Of a stretch of 64,000 nucleotides of DNA, positions 37,885-51,130 are shown in pieces. Both the position numbers and the translations under genes were made by a program. Origin of the DNA: Laetmonice hystrix (taxonomy: Eukaryota); contig OZ249451.1 of the NCBI GenBank assembly GCA_965235115.1, positions 248,001-312,000 on the forward strand, written 5' to 3'. The notes under the pieces were generated by a model. That model saw nothing but the letters and a program-made list of their open reading frames with translations, ran no database searches and was not told where the DNA came from. Positions within the stretch are counted from its first letter, which is position 1. Each line of letters starts with the position of its first letter.

Positions 37885-38205
37885 AGGAGGTGGGGGTGCT
37901 GTGTATTGTTTGTCGGTGGTTAGTGACTGTGTTATAGACATACACCTAGGGAGAAGGTGGGGGTGCTGTGTATTGTTTGTCAGTGGTTAGTGACTGTGTT
38001 ATAGTCATACACCTAGGGAGAAGGTGGGGGTGCTGTGTATTGTTTGTCAGTGGTTAGTGACTGTGTTATAGACATACACCTAGGGAGGAGGTGGGGGTGT
38101 TGTGTATTGTGTGTCAGTGGTTAGTGTCTGTGTTATAGTCATACACCTAGGGAGAAGGTGGGGGTGCTGTGTATTGTTTGTCAGTGGTTAGTGACTGTGT
38201 ATTAC
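37870..38205. repeat. 67-bp minisatellite, 5 copies, sharing the CATACACCTAGGGA core with the adjacent 30-bp array
   Basis: GACATACACCTAGGGAGAAGGTGGGGGTGCTGTGTATTGTTTGTCAGTGGTTAGTGACTGTGTTATA. Confidence 0.96.
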
Positions 38206-38379
38206 AGACATCACCTAGAACGGACCCACCGGGAGAGGACCACATGATAATGGGATGTACACGACACACTAACCCCCACGTCAAACAACTATTACAAAAA
38301 TGTCGGGCCTGTCGGTCGTTAGGGCCGTGCCACCATGGAGATTACCGGCCAGACTAGATCCTCACACACGGAGATCCGG

Positions 38380-38706
38380 TACAGGAGGGGTCCGGTACGG
38401 GAGGGGTGGAGGGAGGGGTCCGGTACGGGGAGGGAGGGGTCTGGTACGGGAGAGGTCCGGTACGGGAGGGGTTCGGTACGGGGAGGGAGGGGTCCGGTAC
38501 GGGAGGGGTGGAGGGAGGGTCCGGTACGGGGAGGGAGGGGTCCGGTACGGGAGGGGTTCGGTACGGGGAGGGAGGGGTCCGGTACGGGAGGGGTGGAGGG
38601 AGGGTCCGGTACGGGGAGGGAGGGGTCCGGTACGGGAGGGGTGGAGGGAGGGGTCCGGTACGGGGAGGGAGGGGTCTGGTACGGGAGGGGTCCGGTACGG
38701 GGAGGG
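38380..38706. repeat. G-rich variable-length minisatellite
   Basis: GGTCCGGTACGGG(G)AGGG(AGGG) units. Confidence 0.92.
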
Positions 38707-39529
38707 TAACCTGATGAAATAAACGAAGTGTGGTTGGGAATGTCTGTCAATGGACCCGGACACCACGACAGCGGGAACCGTACCAAGGTCATTACCGGTG
38801 GAAACCTGTGACCTTCACCTCTCACCCCGACGTGTACCCGGGGTCATCCTGGCTTTGTTGACCCCTGGGGTAGTTAGTACCAGGTCACCTTGACAAAGGT
38901 TGGCTGTGGGGGCCCCGTACCTCAGCTCTATCCACCGCCGATATATGTTGGTCACCGAACGAGTCCAGGCCCCGGTGACGGTCCTTCGGGGTAGAGTACC
39001 ATACTCGCTGGATGGTATTTGAGGCATGTGGGTGATTACCGTCACCCCCTCCAGTGTGGGTAGGGCTCGGGTGGATAGTCACTCGTGAACTCCAGGGTGA
39101 GAGAACGCTACCTCCAGTAGGCCTGGAGGGTATGTCTGTATGTATGTATAGAGGTGTAGCACTGATCAAGGTAAAAGAAAGATAGCTATGCCAGCTCTTC
39201 GGAAATATGGGGACCCAGGTCGCAATGAATGGGAATACCTGAGACCAGTGGATCGCTATTTTATTGACACCCCGCTGGCCGACTGGTTCTCTCCTTATCC
39301 CGAGCACAGATTCCGTATTTTGTGTTTATACTCAGCCGCTGTCTGATTGGCCGGTCACCTTTTGGGAATAACTCGCAGCAGGGGGGATGTTGGGCAACTA
39401 TAAACGCGGGGGGAGCCAGTGAATGTCACTCAGCCTAATGCTCCAAATAATGCGCATTAACTCGGGCCGAATGGAAGAAATCGGGACGGTTACGGGAGGC
39501 TGAGAAACCTGCAGGTTTGGTGTAGACAC

Positions 39530-39864
39530 GACCGGTGTAAACCTGGTCTGTAAACACGGCCGGTGTAAACCTGGTCTGTAAACACGGCCGGTGTAAACCT
39601 GGTCTGTAAACACGGCCGGTGTAAACCTGGTCTGTAAACACGGCCGGTGTAAACCTGGTCTGTAAACACGGCCGGTGTAAACCTGGTCTGTAAACACGTC
39701 TGTAAACACGGCCGGTGTAAACCTGGTCTGTAAACACGGCCGTTGTAAACCTGGTCTGTAAACACGGCCGTTGTAAACCTGGTCTGTAAACACGGCCGGT
39801 GTAAACCTGGTCTGTAAACACCTCTGTAAACACGGCCGGTGTAAATTACCTGGTCTGTAAACAC
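39530..39864. repeat. 28-bp minisatellite, ~12 copies, with Fox-type TGTAAACA/GTAAAC motifs
   Basis: GTAAACCTGGTCTGTAAACACGGCCGGT. Confidence 0.96.
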
Positions 39865-40805
39865 AAATCGTTACGTTTGGTTTTCAGTCAATACTCGCAT
39901 TACTTAACCTCAGATCAAAGTACTGGTGTTTATTACTGTCTAAAAATCTTTTTATGACGGGAAAGTCTCCTCAAGCGTATTTTGATTGTTTAGATTCAGG
40001 CATATCATGTCTCGGCGTAAAAACAAAAGTTGCCTTTCGACGACCGTACCGAGATAAGGCAGTAATAATTTTATTAGGGTTCTCGAGATCTGCTAACAAC
40101 ATGATCCTGAGTGTACATATAGGCCGAGGTGTGGCAGGGAGAAAGTCCCTCCTCACCAGTCACTTCTTTAAACAATCCTTCATTACCTTCAAATATGTGT
40201 CATGTGACCTCAAGGCCACCTGACAGAGTATACAGATTCCGGGCCCGATACTGGAAGGGTCCGAGGTCAGCGTTCGGTGGGGAGAAATAGAAAAGAATCT
40301 AATAGGGCCAGCTGAACGGTGGTTGAGGTGGAATGTAGCCAGCCTTGAGATATTGAGTGCTATGTTTCACCTACTCACCTCGACACTCACGTGATGTGTG
40401 ACTGGTCACCATGGTAACTCGATCACTGGCCTCTGACACGGAGGCCGTTTATTTCAATGTAGGATATGTTACATTCATATAGTCCGACTTTTAAACTAGG
40501 TCCGACGTCAAGCTAAAACAGGTCTGTTAGTTTGCAGCTGTCGGTGATAGTTGGTCCATATTTCAGGCCCGTACCCTCGTGACGGTAGTTGTCGCTCAGT
40601 TCTGTCTCCATGAAGGTCCACCTTCAATCTACCTCCTCGACCTGCCAACAGAGGGGGCTGTGACTGCCGGCCCAGTGTGAACGCCACGGCTTCAGCATGG
40701 CTGAAGTTGGTCGAGCCTGCTCACATGAGTTTTAGAAAGACTGGGGGGAAACGTATAGGAATCCATACTGTCCGGATATGGCAAGCAATTGCATGACCAC
40801 AACTT

Positions 40806-40890
40806 TTCCGTATTCTTTGAGCATGCATGGCTCCCGCGGGTCCGGGAAACCGGGGAAAGACCGGGAATTTGACATTGGTGCCCCCCGGGC
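40806..40890 (+). mobile_element. Degenerate 5' end of a non-autonomous DNA transposon (MITE-like)
   Basis: CATGGCTCCCGCGGGTCCGGGAAACCGGGGAAAGACCGGGAATTTG...GGAAAAGTCCCGGATTT resembles CAGGGTTCCCAC...GGAAAAGTCAGGGAATTT-type elements (recalled, not searched). No matching right TIR seen. Confidence 0.35.
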
Positions 40891-42588
40891 CGGAAAAGTC
40901 CGGATTTTAAAAGAATGAAACTTTAGAAACACATGAAGTACGAGAAGGAGTCGGGAACATGGTCCTAACATGGTAAATAAAGGAAGAGTTTCTCCGCACA
41001 CGTAGTGGGTAGGTATTGAACGGCGATTCACTGTTTCCAGCCATTTTATTGCAGTCAGATTCGAAATCGTTAGATAGGAGAGCTAAGAGGTATCAACAAA
41101 TGAAGTTACTGCGCGAGGTTGACGTTCACCCAGTAAGTAATTAAATGGCTAACTCTGTTTCGTTGGTCATTGTTAAAATGGCAGACTCCAACCGAGCAGT
41201 GGTTGCCAATCAAACCCGGAACGCCAGTGAGTGGAAGCGGAACGAAAGAGTGTGGCAGTGTGGGACTCTGGGTGACGTGGTTGGAGACTGAGCCACCTCC
41301 AGTAAATCTTCCTCTTGCCCTCTATGTCAAAGATTGTCACATGACCTCCAAACCCTTCTTTCCATTAAATTTTGACCTTGAGGCATGCCTACCTAGGGAC
41401 CTGTAATGGCCGTCGGGGTAAGCAAGGTTGGAAGACCGCGGAAAACAAAATGGCCAAATGTGACAACCCTCCAGAGGGTGTGGGAGGCGGCAAAACAAAT
41501 TGGACTGGCCTCCCGTGGGAGACGTTCTCGGCACCCGGAGTGAGGCAAAGCCTGTAGAAACCACCATAGTAACACTGAGAAATTAGCCAACCCAGCTCAA
41601 GAGCTCATTGCGGGCACGGAGCTAACAGTGTCACTGTTAGACTACCTTTGATTGGTCAATGCCGCCTGATGGCCTCCAATGAAAAACAATAAATCCGACA
41701 GTTGCCGCTGGCGACGTGTTTCTCACTTAGAATGGCTAAAGGCAACATCATGTGCAAATTAATTCGTGTCACGGTGACGCTTAAAAGGGAAGTGGATCAT
41801 TTTGTGGGTTTTTGAGCGTGATAATATCTGGAAGGTAGGGGTCTGTTTCTGTTCAGCCTGGGGCAGAATGTAACCACAATACCAGCCATTCTGGCTTACA
41901 AAGGCAATAGGGCCTCACCAACAGGGTCTGCTCGCGTGGACTGATCGGAGGCCACTCATCGAGTGAGTCAAACAACGGGCCAGAAAATACGCCACTTCAA
42001 ATGGTGCCAACAGTTCGAGCAACAAAACCTGTCAAAATGGGGGTGGGTGGAAATAGCAGAGACAGTGAGGAGGAATCAAGGGGTTTTAACTTGCTGAGAT
42101 ATCGGGGTAGACTGCCCCAGGTGGCCGGGGTGAGACAGGGAGAACGAGACCTCCCTCTGTGTGGGTTCGTGGAACTGAAATAGGCCGTGTGTGCCCGCTG
42201 GTACCTGACGGGACTGTGGAACATCAAACCTGGCACGTCGAGATGGGACAACGGGGAAATACCAACGACATGGGATAAAAATAGGGGCAAAACGCAACCA
42301 TGCCACGTTAGGCGGGGTGCAAGGTTAAAATCGCTTCACAGCGGCAAACAAGTGCTTGTCTTATAAATAAACGATCAGTGAACGAGGCAGGTGTAATACC
42401 GTACATGTCTCCTCATGCTCGACTCTGACAAAATAATAACGTGCATCACGTAATAACTATGACTTGACGTTTTCCTCACATTGTAAATTTATTCTCACTA
42501 AAACGTGTCGCTCATGCCAAAACAAAAAATTAAAAGTCAGTTATGGAGGGAGGCGGAGCACACGTTGTTACGCAAATGAACTTTCACA

Positions 42589-42735
42589 TTAACTGTGGCA
42601 TTTATCCGAGAACTTTCACATTAACTGCGGCATTTATCTGAGAACTTTCACATTAACTGTGGCATTTATCCGAGAACTTTCACATGAACTGTGGCATTTA
42701 TCCGAGAACTTTCACATGAACTGTAGCAATTATCC
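42589..42735. repeat. 32-bp minisatellite, ~4.5 copies
   Basis: GAGAACTTTCACATTAACTGTGGCATTTATCC. Confidence 0.93.
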
Positions 42736-42778
42736 GAGAATTTATACGACAAAATTAATGAGAATATCCCATTGCTCG

Positions 42779-42925
42779 TTTCATTCGGTGGTAGAGTTTC
42801 ATTCGGTGGTAGAGTTTCATTCGGTGGTAGAGTTTCATTCGGTGGTAGAGTTTCATTCGGTGGTAGAGTTTCATTCGGTGGTAGAGTTTCATTCGGTGGT
42901 AGAGTTTCATTCGGTGGTAGAGTTT
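42779..42925. repeat. 18-bp perfect tandem repeat, 8 copies
   Basis: TTTCATTCGGTGGTAGAG. Confidence 0.97.
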
Positions 42926-43457
42926 GCCGTGCCGATGTTTCACATCACCGAGAGCATGACATTTTCTCTCGAGGCATCAGGCAACACAAGATTACATTAA
43001 GATTGATTTGTGTCTTTTTGTTTTATCCAATAAAATTGCGTTAGATTTTCTTAGGTGAACTGCAGATTGGTTATTGGTTAATTGGCTGGTTGTTTTGGTG
43101 ACAAGTGGTGCCCGTATGTAGTAGAGGTATATGATTGGTCAGGCGGTTTGCGTGGTGACCCGGACAATGACCTGGGGTTGATACCGTTACCCCCCCCCGC
43201 GTTATACCCCCACCCGGACCGTCTCGTAGACATGGACTGTGTGTGCTGGGTGCCTACAGTAGTGGAGTCTTTATCTCGCCCCGCCCCGCCCCCCGGAGGG
43301 GGGGGGGGAGGGCGGGGGGACGATAGTGGTATAATCCACCACTAAGGTAGAGACACAGATCGACGCTAGCCAATAGTCTCCAGCCCCGGCATTTGCTGCG
43401 GCGCTGCACTCATCAAAGGAATCATATTGATGTATTCAAGGGTTGGTACCGTCCTGA

Positions 43458-43660
43458 GGCACGGGAGGGAGGGAATAGGGGGGGGAGGGGAGGGGGACAC
43501 GGGAGGGAGGGAATACGGGGGGGGGACACGGGAGGGAGGGAATACGGGGGGGAGGGGGACACGGGAGGGAGGGAATACGGGGGGGGAGGGGGACACGGGA
43601 GGGAGGGAATACGGGGGGGGAGGGGGACACGGCAGGGAGGGAATACGGGGGGGGGAGGGA
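43458..43660. repeat. Purine/G-run minisatellite, ~31 bp, ~6 units
   Basis: GGGAGGGAGGGAATACGGGGGGGAGGGGGACAC. Confidence 0.92.
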
Positions 43661-45094
43661 TCGAGGGATTGGCGGACGGACAGAGGGAGGGACGCGCGCA
43701 TCTCCCATGAAAATGACGTGGCGTTCGCTGCTCACTGCTCCACTCGAGAGCGTTACATCACAAGATAAGGAGCTGCAATTCCATGGCAGCGTAGAATTCG
43801 GAAAGTTAATATCGCTAAGTGAGCAGGGAATTAGGCGCATGCGGAGCCCGATAACAATCAAGCAACTGTTATTTATGCACATCAGACCCCGGCTCATCAT
43901 TGGTTGATTGTTCAGCTAGGCGAGCCGACCCTCTTCCCCGAGTTAACTATGCCACATTTGCATTTACCTAGTGCTCTTAGCGTGTTTATACCATTACCAT
44001 ATTTAATGGCTGCTATTCTAGCCTCGTCGCGAGGAAGCGCTCCCGAAGAAAGCTCTAACAAGCGTCTTGGCGCTGGATTTATTGGCTACACCCATTGCAC
44101 ACTGCTGGTAAATGCAGGGCAGAGCCGGAGCAAATTTCAGGCAGTGCACTCCCTTGACGTTTGCCTTTGATCTGTATTCTGATTGGATGATCCTGATTTG
44201 GTGAGTTATTTCACGGGTGGACTCGACCATAACAGGCCAGCCTCCAGAGGCAAGAGTTCACGTATCGACCGGCAGACGGCGCCCGCCTCATCAACCAATA
44301 GGAATGGAGGTTAGAAACGCCTCGCTCGCATCCAGCCACTGTAAGCGATGCATAAATTCATGTCTATTAAAATGTCGCCTTGCATTACCAGAGTGACATT
44401 TTTACAGTTTATTGGTATAGCGACACAGTAAATGCCTTAGGTGTGTTTTCGTGCGCGAATTAGTGTTGCTTGGTGCATTGCTCACGTCCGACTCGAGAAG
44501 TTGACACATTCAATGAGACAGGTAGGGCGTTTGGCCCGCGAGATGGCGCCAAACCATGCAAGAAATACTGAAGGATCACCGCCAAGTAGGCGAGGACTAA
44601 GTGCTCGGAATTTGGCCCGTTTATTATTGATATTCTCGCATCCTTTCTGCCCCCTGAAATTGATCTCTGAAAAGTATTAGATTATTTGTTGCTTTGGTTT
44701 CACGGGAAAGAAACGGTGTCTTTTGCTTGCAGAGATAATAAAGTATGAAAGAAATTATCCAGGAAATTTAACCAGACACAATTTGTGTCAAAAAGGGCTG
44801 GCGTTCATGGTTCGATTACGTGGGAATCTTTATTTACATTCAACACTGAAAGCGTTTGTCGTGTTGAAGTGCACTTTTATTGCGGCAATTAAAGCCGTGC
44901 TGAGGTGACATTTGGTAGCATCGTTTGGAGCGATCACAGCGTCGTCAATGTTGTCGGGTGGCTGGGCTCCGTCGATCGAATATGTGGAGGTAGATTGTGA
45001 CCACGAGCTAAAACTGTACTCGGCTAGGAGGAGGTCGGGTAGCTATTGTAGTCAGTGTATCGACCTCTCCTGGGATGTCTGGAGGTCTCAAATA

Positions 45095-47272
45095 CCCCGG
45101 AACGGTCTCCCCGGGTCAGGTCGGCTGTAGGTACGGGAGATGGGGACCCCTAGACACACGGTCTCCCCGGGTCAGGTCGGCTGTAGGTACTACAGGAGAT
45201 GGGCACCCTAGACACACGGTCTCCCCGGGTCAGGACGGCTGTAGGTACGGGAGATGGGGACCCTGGACACACGGTCTCCCCGGGTCAGGTCGGCTGTAGG
45301 TACGGGAGATGGGGACCCCTAGACACACGGTCTCCCCGGGTCAGGACGGCTGTAGGTACGGGAGATGGGGACCCTGGACACACGGTCTCCCCGGGTCAGG
45401 TCGGCTGTAGGTACTACGGGAGATGGGGACCCTAGACACACGGTCTCCCCGGGTCAGGTCGGCTGTAGGTACGGGAGATGGGGACCCTGGACACACGGTC
45501 TCCCCGGGTCAGGTCGGCTGTAGGTACGGGAGATGGGGACCCCTGGACACACGGTCTCCCCGGGTCAGGTCGGCTGTAGGTACGGGAGATGGGGACCCTG
45601 GACACACGGTCTCCCCGGGTCAGGTCGGCTGTAGGTACGGGAGATGGGGGACCCTAGACACACGGTCTCCCCGGGTCAGGTCGGCTGTAGGTACGGGAGA
45701 TGGGGACGGTCTCCCCGGGTCAGGCCGGCTGTAGGTACGGGAGATGGGGACCCTGGACACACGGTCTCCCCGGGTCAGGTCGGCTGTAGGTACGGGAGAT
45801 GGGGACCCCTAGACACACGGTCTCCCCGGGTCAGGTCGGCTGTAGGTACGGGAGATGGGGACCCTGGACACACGGTCTCCCCGGGTCAGGTCGGCTGTAG
45901 GTACGGGAGATGGGGACCCCTAGACACACGGTCTCCCCGGGTCAGGTCGGCTGTAGGTACGGGAGATGGGGACCCTAGACACACGGTCTCCCCGGGTCAG
46001 GTCGGCTGTAGGTACGGGAGATGGGGACCCCTAGACACACGGTCTCCCCGGGTCAGGTCGGCTGTAGGTACGGGAGACGGGGACCCTGGACACACGGTCT
46101 CCCCGGGTCAGGTCGGCTGTAGGTACGGGAGATGGGGACCCCTAGACACACGGTCTCCCCGGGTCAGGTCGGCTGTAGGTACGGGAGATGGGGACGGTCT
46201 CCCCGGGTCAGGTCGGCTGTAGGTACGGGAGATGGGGACCCCTAGACACACGGTCTCCCCGGGTCAGGTCGGCTGTAGGTACGGGAGATGGGGACCCCTA
46301 GACACACGGTCTCCCCGGGTCAGGTCGGCTGTAGGTACGGGAGATGGGGACGGTCTCCCCGGGTCAGGTCGGCTGTAGGTACGGGAGATGGGGACCCCTA
46401 GACACACGGTCTCCCCGGGTCAGGACGGCTGTAGGTACGGGAGATGGGGACCCTGGACACACGGTCTCCCCGGGTCAGGTCGGCTGTAGGTACGGGAGAT
46501 GGGGACGGTCTCCCCGGGTCAGGTCGGCTGTAGGTACGGGAGATGGGGACCCCTAGACACACGGTCTCCCCGGGTCAGGTCGGCTGTAGGTACGGGAGAT
46601 GGGGACCCTGGACACACGGTCTCCCCGGGTCAGGTCGGCTGTAGGTACGGGAGATGGGGACGGTCTCCCCGGGTCAGGTCGGCTGTAGGTACGGGAGATG
46701 GGGACCCCTGGACACACGGTCTCCCCGGGTCAGGTCGGCTGTAGGTACGGGAGATGGGGACCCTGGACACACGGTCTCCCCGGGTCAGGTCGGCTGTAGG
46801 TACGGGAGATGGGGACCCCTGGACACACGGTCTCCCCGGGTCAGGTCGGCTGTAGGTACGGGAGATGGGGACCCCTAGACACACGGTCTCCCCGGGTCAG
46901 GTCGGCTGTAGGTACTACGGGAGATAGGGACCCCTGGACACACGGTCTCCCCGGGTCAGGTCGGCTGTAGGTACGGGAGATGGGGACCCTAGACACACGG
47001 TCTCCCCGGGTCAGGTCGGCTGTAGGTACTACGGGAGATGGGCACCCTAGACACACGGTCTCCCCGGGTCAGGTCGGCTGTAGGTACTACGGAAGATAGG
47101 GACCCCTGGACACACGGTCTCCCCGGGTCAGGTCGGCTGTAGGTACGGGAGATGGGGACCCTAGACACACGGTCTCCCCGGGTCAGGTCGGCTGTAGGTA
47201 CGGGAGATGGGGACGGTCTCCCCGGGTCAGGTCGGCTGTAGGTACGGGAGATTGGCACTCTGGACACACATT
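45095..47272. repeat. 55-56-bp minisatellite with 43-bp deletion variants, ~40 units
   Basis: CGGTCTCCCCGGGTCAGGTCGGCTGTAGGTACGGGAGATGGGGACCC(C)TAGACACA. Confidence 0.98.
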
Positions 47273-47844
47273 CGTCCATAGATCTAAACTTTGTTGTCAT
47301 CATCTAGAGAGAATTGTCTTAGCGATCGGTGACGTGCAGCCCCATTCTGATCGCGATCCCTGACCGACGGCGGACGCTGGGTGCACCCCCCCCCCCCCCC
47401 ACACACACACCCAGTCACCCGCCACCCCGACTTGTGAATCCCATCACCCGATTACATCACAGGGCAGATAGTACCCCCCGGCCCCGCCGGGAGCACACCC
47501 GCTGTTTACGGCGCCCCCCCCCCCCCCCCCACACACACACAACACGGCCCGTGGTTCAGAGTGCAACTAAATGCGGCTAATGCTCCCGCGCTGCCACTTG
47601 GTGGCGCCACGGGTGGCAGGGTGCTGGCGACATGGCCATGACGAGTGGCGGGGCTGGAGTTGTTGGATCTCGGAGCTAGGACTCTATACTACCATCAGGT
47701 GTAGAATAGAAGGTCACAAACTAGACGGTGGCCGTACGTACCATGGCCGTGCTGCCTGGAACAAGGAGGTTAAAGTTGGTGTTTGTAGAGACCGTGATTT
47801 GTGATTGTGGTTCTGGGCCGGGTCTATTGATTGATTACTCGGGA

Positions 47845-48278
47845 GACAGAACACCCCCAGCCCACCCCACCCCCTGTCACAGAACACCCCCAGCCCACCC
47901 CACCCCCTGTCACAGAACACCCCCAGCCCACCCCACCCCCTGTCACAGAACACCCCCAGCCCACCCCACCCCCTGTCACAGAACACCCCCAGCCCACCCC
48001 ACCCCCTGTCACAGAACACCCCCAGCCCACCCCACCCCCTGTCACAGAACACCCCCAGCCCACCCCACCCCCTGTCACAGAACACCCCCAGCCCACCCCA
48101 CCCCCTGTCACAGAACACCCCCAGCCCACCCCACCCCCTGTCACAGAACACCCCCAGCCCACCCCACCCCCTGTCACAGAACACCCCCAGCCCACCCCAC
48201 CCCCTGTCACAGAACACCCCCAGCCCACCCCACCCCCTGTCACAGAACACCCCCAGCCCACCCCACCCCCACCCCCTG
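47845..48278. repeat. 33-bp perfect minisatellite, 13 copies
   Basis: ACAGAACACCCCCAGCCCACCCCACCCCCTGTC. Confidence 0.98.
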
Positions 48279-48947
48279 TCAAACACACGAGCCATTGCAC
48301 CGTAACAGATGTCTGTCCAAGGCAGTCTGACCTGGACACAAACAGCGGATCTTTTCTTGGTAGGGGACACAAGGGGTTCCCCATATATGGGCATAAGTTA
48401 TGATCATTTTCCCCGAATAAAGCCCACTTTGACGATACGTTTTCTATCAGACTGTTTTTACCGTTACTTGACGGTTGGAGCCCGGTCTCAGGGTTATTGT
48501 ACTGGAAGTAGGCAAACGGAACTATTCCGCCTGGGGTTAAATATTTCACCCTGCCCCTCCCCTGGAGAAATGACCACCCCCTTGGCAGGCTGGAGGGGTA
48601 CCGGAAAGCTGAGGTCGTTCCTTCCAGGTGAGGAGGTTCCAAACATCCCCCGGATAAGGCGAGGAGGAGGAGGAGTAGGAGACCCAAAAATAGAAAGCTA
48701 GCACCGAGAGAAAGGACACAGTTTCATTACACAGGGATCAGATGTTTCCATTCACATCTCGGTGTGTGTGTCAAACCCGGAGGTTTGGCTCGAGTGTGGC
48801 ACAAGGTTGACCTCTCCGTCCGGTCACATACTCAATGGTCAGATCAGCTGAGAACGAGCACCACTCCCTGAGCCCTTATAGCTGAGTCTCTGGTCCGGAA
48901 CATTGGTCCTTGGTCTGGGCTGGTCTGGGGTGTCATGGATCCGTCCT

Positions 48948-49661
48948 TCCCTGATGTGGGACAACTCATATAAGATATCCCTGATGTGGGACAACTCATG
49001 TAAGATATCCCTGATGTGGGACAACTCATATAAGATATCCCTGATGTGGGACAACTCATGTAAGATATCCCTGATGTGGGATAACTCATATAAGATATCC
49101 CTGATGTGGGACAACTCATATAAGATATCTCTGATGTGGGACAACTCATGTAAGTTATCCCTGATGTGGGACAACTCATATAAGATATCTCTGATGTGGG
49201 ACAACTCATGTAAGATATCCCTGATGTGGGACAACTCATATAAGATATCCCTGATGTGGGACAACTCATGTAAGATATCCCTGATGTGGGACAACTCATA
49301 TAAGATATCCCTGATGTGGGACAACTCATATAAGATATCCCTGATGTGGGACAACTCATATAAGATATCCCTGATGTGGGACAACTCATGTAAGATATCC
49401 CTGATGTGGGACAACTCATATAAGATATCCCTGATGTGGGACAACTCATGTAAGATATCTCTGATGTGGGACAACTCATGTAAGATATCCCTGATGTGGA
49501 ACAACTCATGTAAGATATCCCTGATGTGGGACAACTCATGTAAGTTATCCCTGATGTGGGACAACTCATGTAAGATAACCCTGATGTGGGACAACTCATG
49601 TAAGTTATCCCTGATGTGGGACAACTCATGTAAGATAACCCTGATGTGGGACAACTCATGT
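48948..49661. repeat. 30-bp minisatellite, ~24 copies
   Basis: CCCTGATGTGGGACAACTCAT(A/G)TAAGATAT. Confidence 0.98.
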
Positions 49662-49707
49662 GACGTCATTGGACTGGTCACTGGTCACTACAAGAACAAC
49701 AACCACT

Positions 49708-49878
49708 CTGACGTTTACTGTGTATGATCGTTAGCTGGGGTTGACCATCTCCCCCCCCCCCCCCGTCATGCTGAGGTTTACTGTGTATGATCGTTAGCTG
49801 GGGTTGACCATCCCCCCCCCCGTCATGCTGAGGTTTACTGTGTATGATCGTTAGCTGGGGTTGACCATCTCCCCCCCC
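49708..49878. repeat. ~60-bp tandem repeat with variable poly-C, 3 copies
   Basis: GTTTACTGTGTATGATCGTTAGCTGGGGTTGACCATC(C)nGTCATGCTGAG. Confidence 0.92.
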
Positions 49879-50255
49879 CCCCGTCATGCTGAGGTTTGCC
49901 ATGATGACGGGGTAGCGGTAATTTACCCCCGGTTGGGGTGAGGGTGAGCAGCTGGCCGTCCGGCGGCTCGATCGGCTGGATCAGCGGTGTGCGGCCCGCG
50001 GTCAGCAGTGGCACGGCGGGCGGTCAAGCAGAACAAAGCCGGCTCGTCTCGTTGACCGGGCGCCCCGCCGGCCGCTGTCACCCCGACCTAATCTATGACC
50101 CCGACCGGATCAACGTCTGCGTCTCAAGGAGCGCCGGTCGTCACGGCAACACATTCCTCCACTTAGATAATTTGTCCACTTGACGTGACATAACTGGGCA
50201 CGGCTGGGGGTGGTGGTGGTGGGCGTCCACAGGTGATGTGTCTCACCGACCATTG

Positions 50256-50466
50256 CCACCACCACCACCACCGCACCACCACCACCACCGCACCACCACC
50301 ACCGCACCACCACCACCGCACCACCACCACCGCACCACCACCACCACCGCACCACCACCACCGCACCACCACCACCACCGCACCACCACCACCACCGCAC
50401 CACCACCACCGCACCACCACCACCACCGCACCACCACCACCGCACCACCACCACCGCACCACCACG
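50256..50466. repeat. Interrupted (CAC)n microsatellite
   Basis: CACCACCAC runs punctuated by CG. Confidence 0.97.
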
Positions 50467-51130
50467 ACAAGATTGAATTCGACACTTGTCATCACCTGAT
50501 CACTGTGAACAGAGGAAGAAATAGGAAGATGAAGGAAACTTGAGTTTGGCCGTTTGTGATGTTGTCATCCGTCAGTAGTGATGCATTCATAAACTCGACA
50601 GTAGGAGGGGGGTTGAATATGATTTGATGAATACAGAATTACAAATGGCTTGATGTGGGGACAGAGGGGATCACCCCCCCCCCCGTCTACTTGATCAACG
50701 TGTGGGTAGAGAGGGGTGGGGGAGAACGGATCACCCCCCCCCCACCCTCCGCCACGGATCACCCCACCCCTCTACTTGATCAACGTGTGGGGAGAGAGGG
50801 ATGGGGGAGAACGGATCACCCCACCCTCCCCTCCCCCAGATCACCCCACCCTCCCCCAGGGATCACCCCACCCTCCCCCAGGGATCACCCCACCCTCCCC
50901 CCACTCTACTTGACCAATCATCCCACCGAGTCTATCCACCGTGAACCACTCTCACCTTTAACTCCACCATTTCCCCGGTTTGAGAACTATTCAATTACCA
51001 GCCAACATAAAGATGGCAGCGTCCCAAGCGGTCGTGATGTCAGTACAAGCTGACAAAGTCTCCAGTCACAGACCTCTGACAAAATCTATTCTCCATCTTG
51101 GACACCCTCGTCTCCGTATTGTTCAGTGGG

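Noticed and set aside
38895-38925. RLAVGAPY resembling an integrin FG-GAP motif
   Set aside because: It sits in a short frame between stops with a poor acceptor, and the expected following GAVY-type motif is absent.
49685-49700. CACTACAAGAA, resembling a CACTA transposon terminus
   Set aside because: No matching inverted terminus or transposase nearby.
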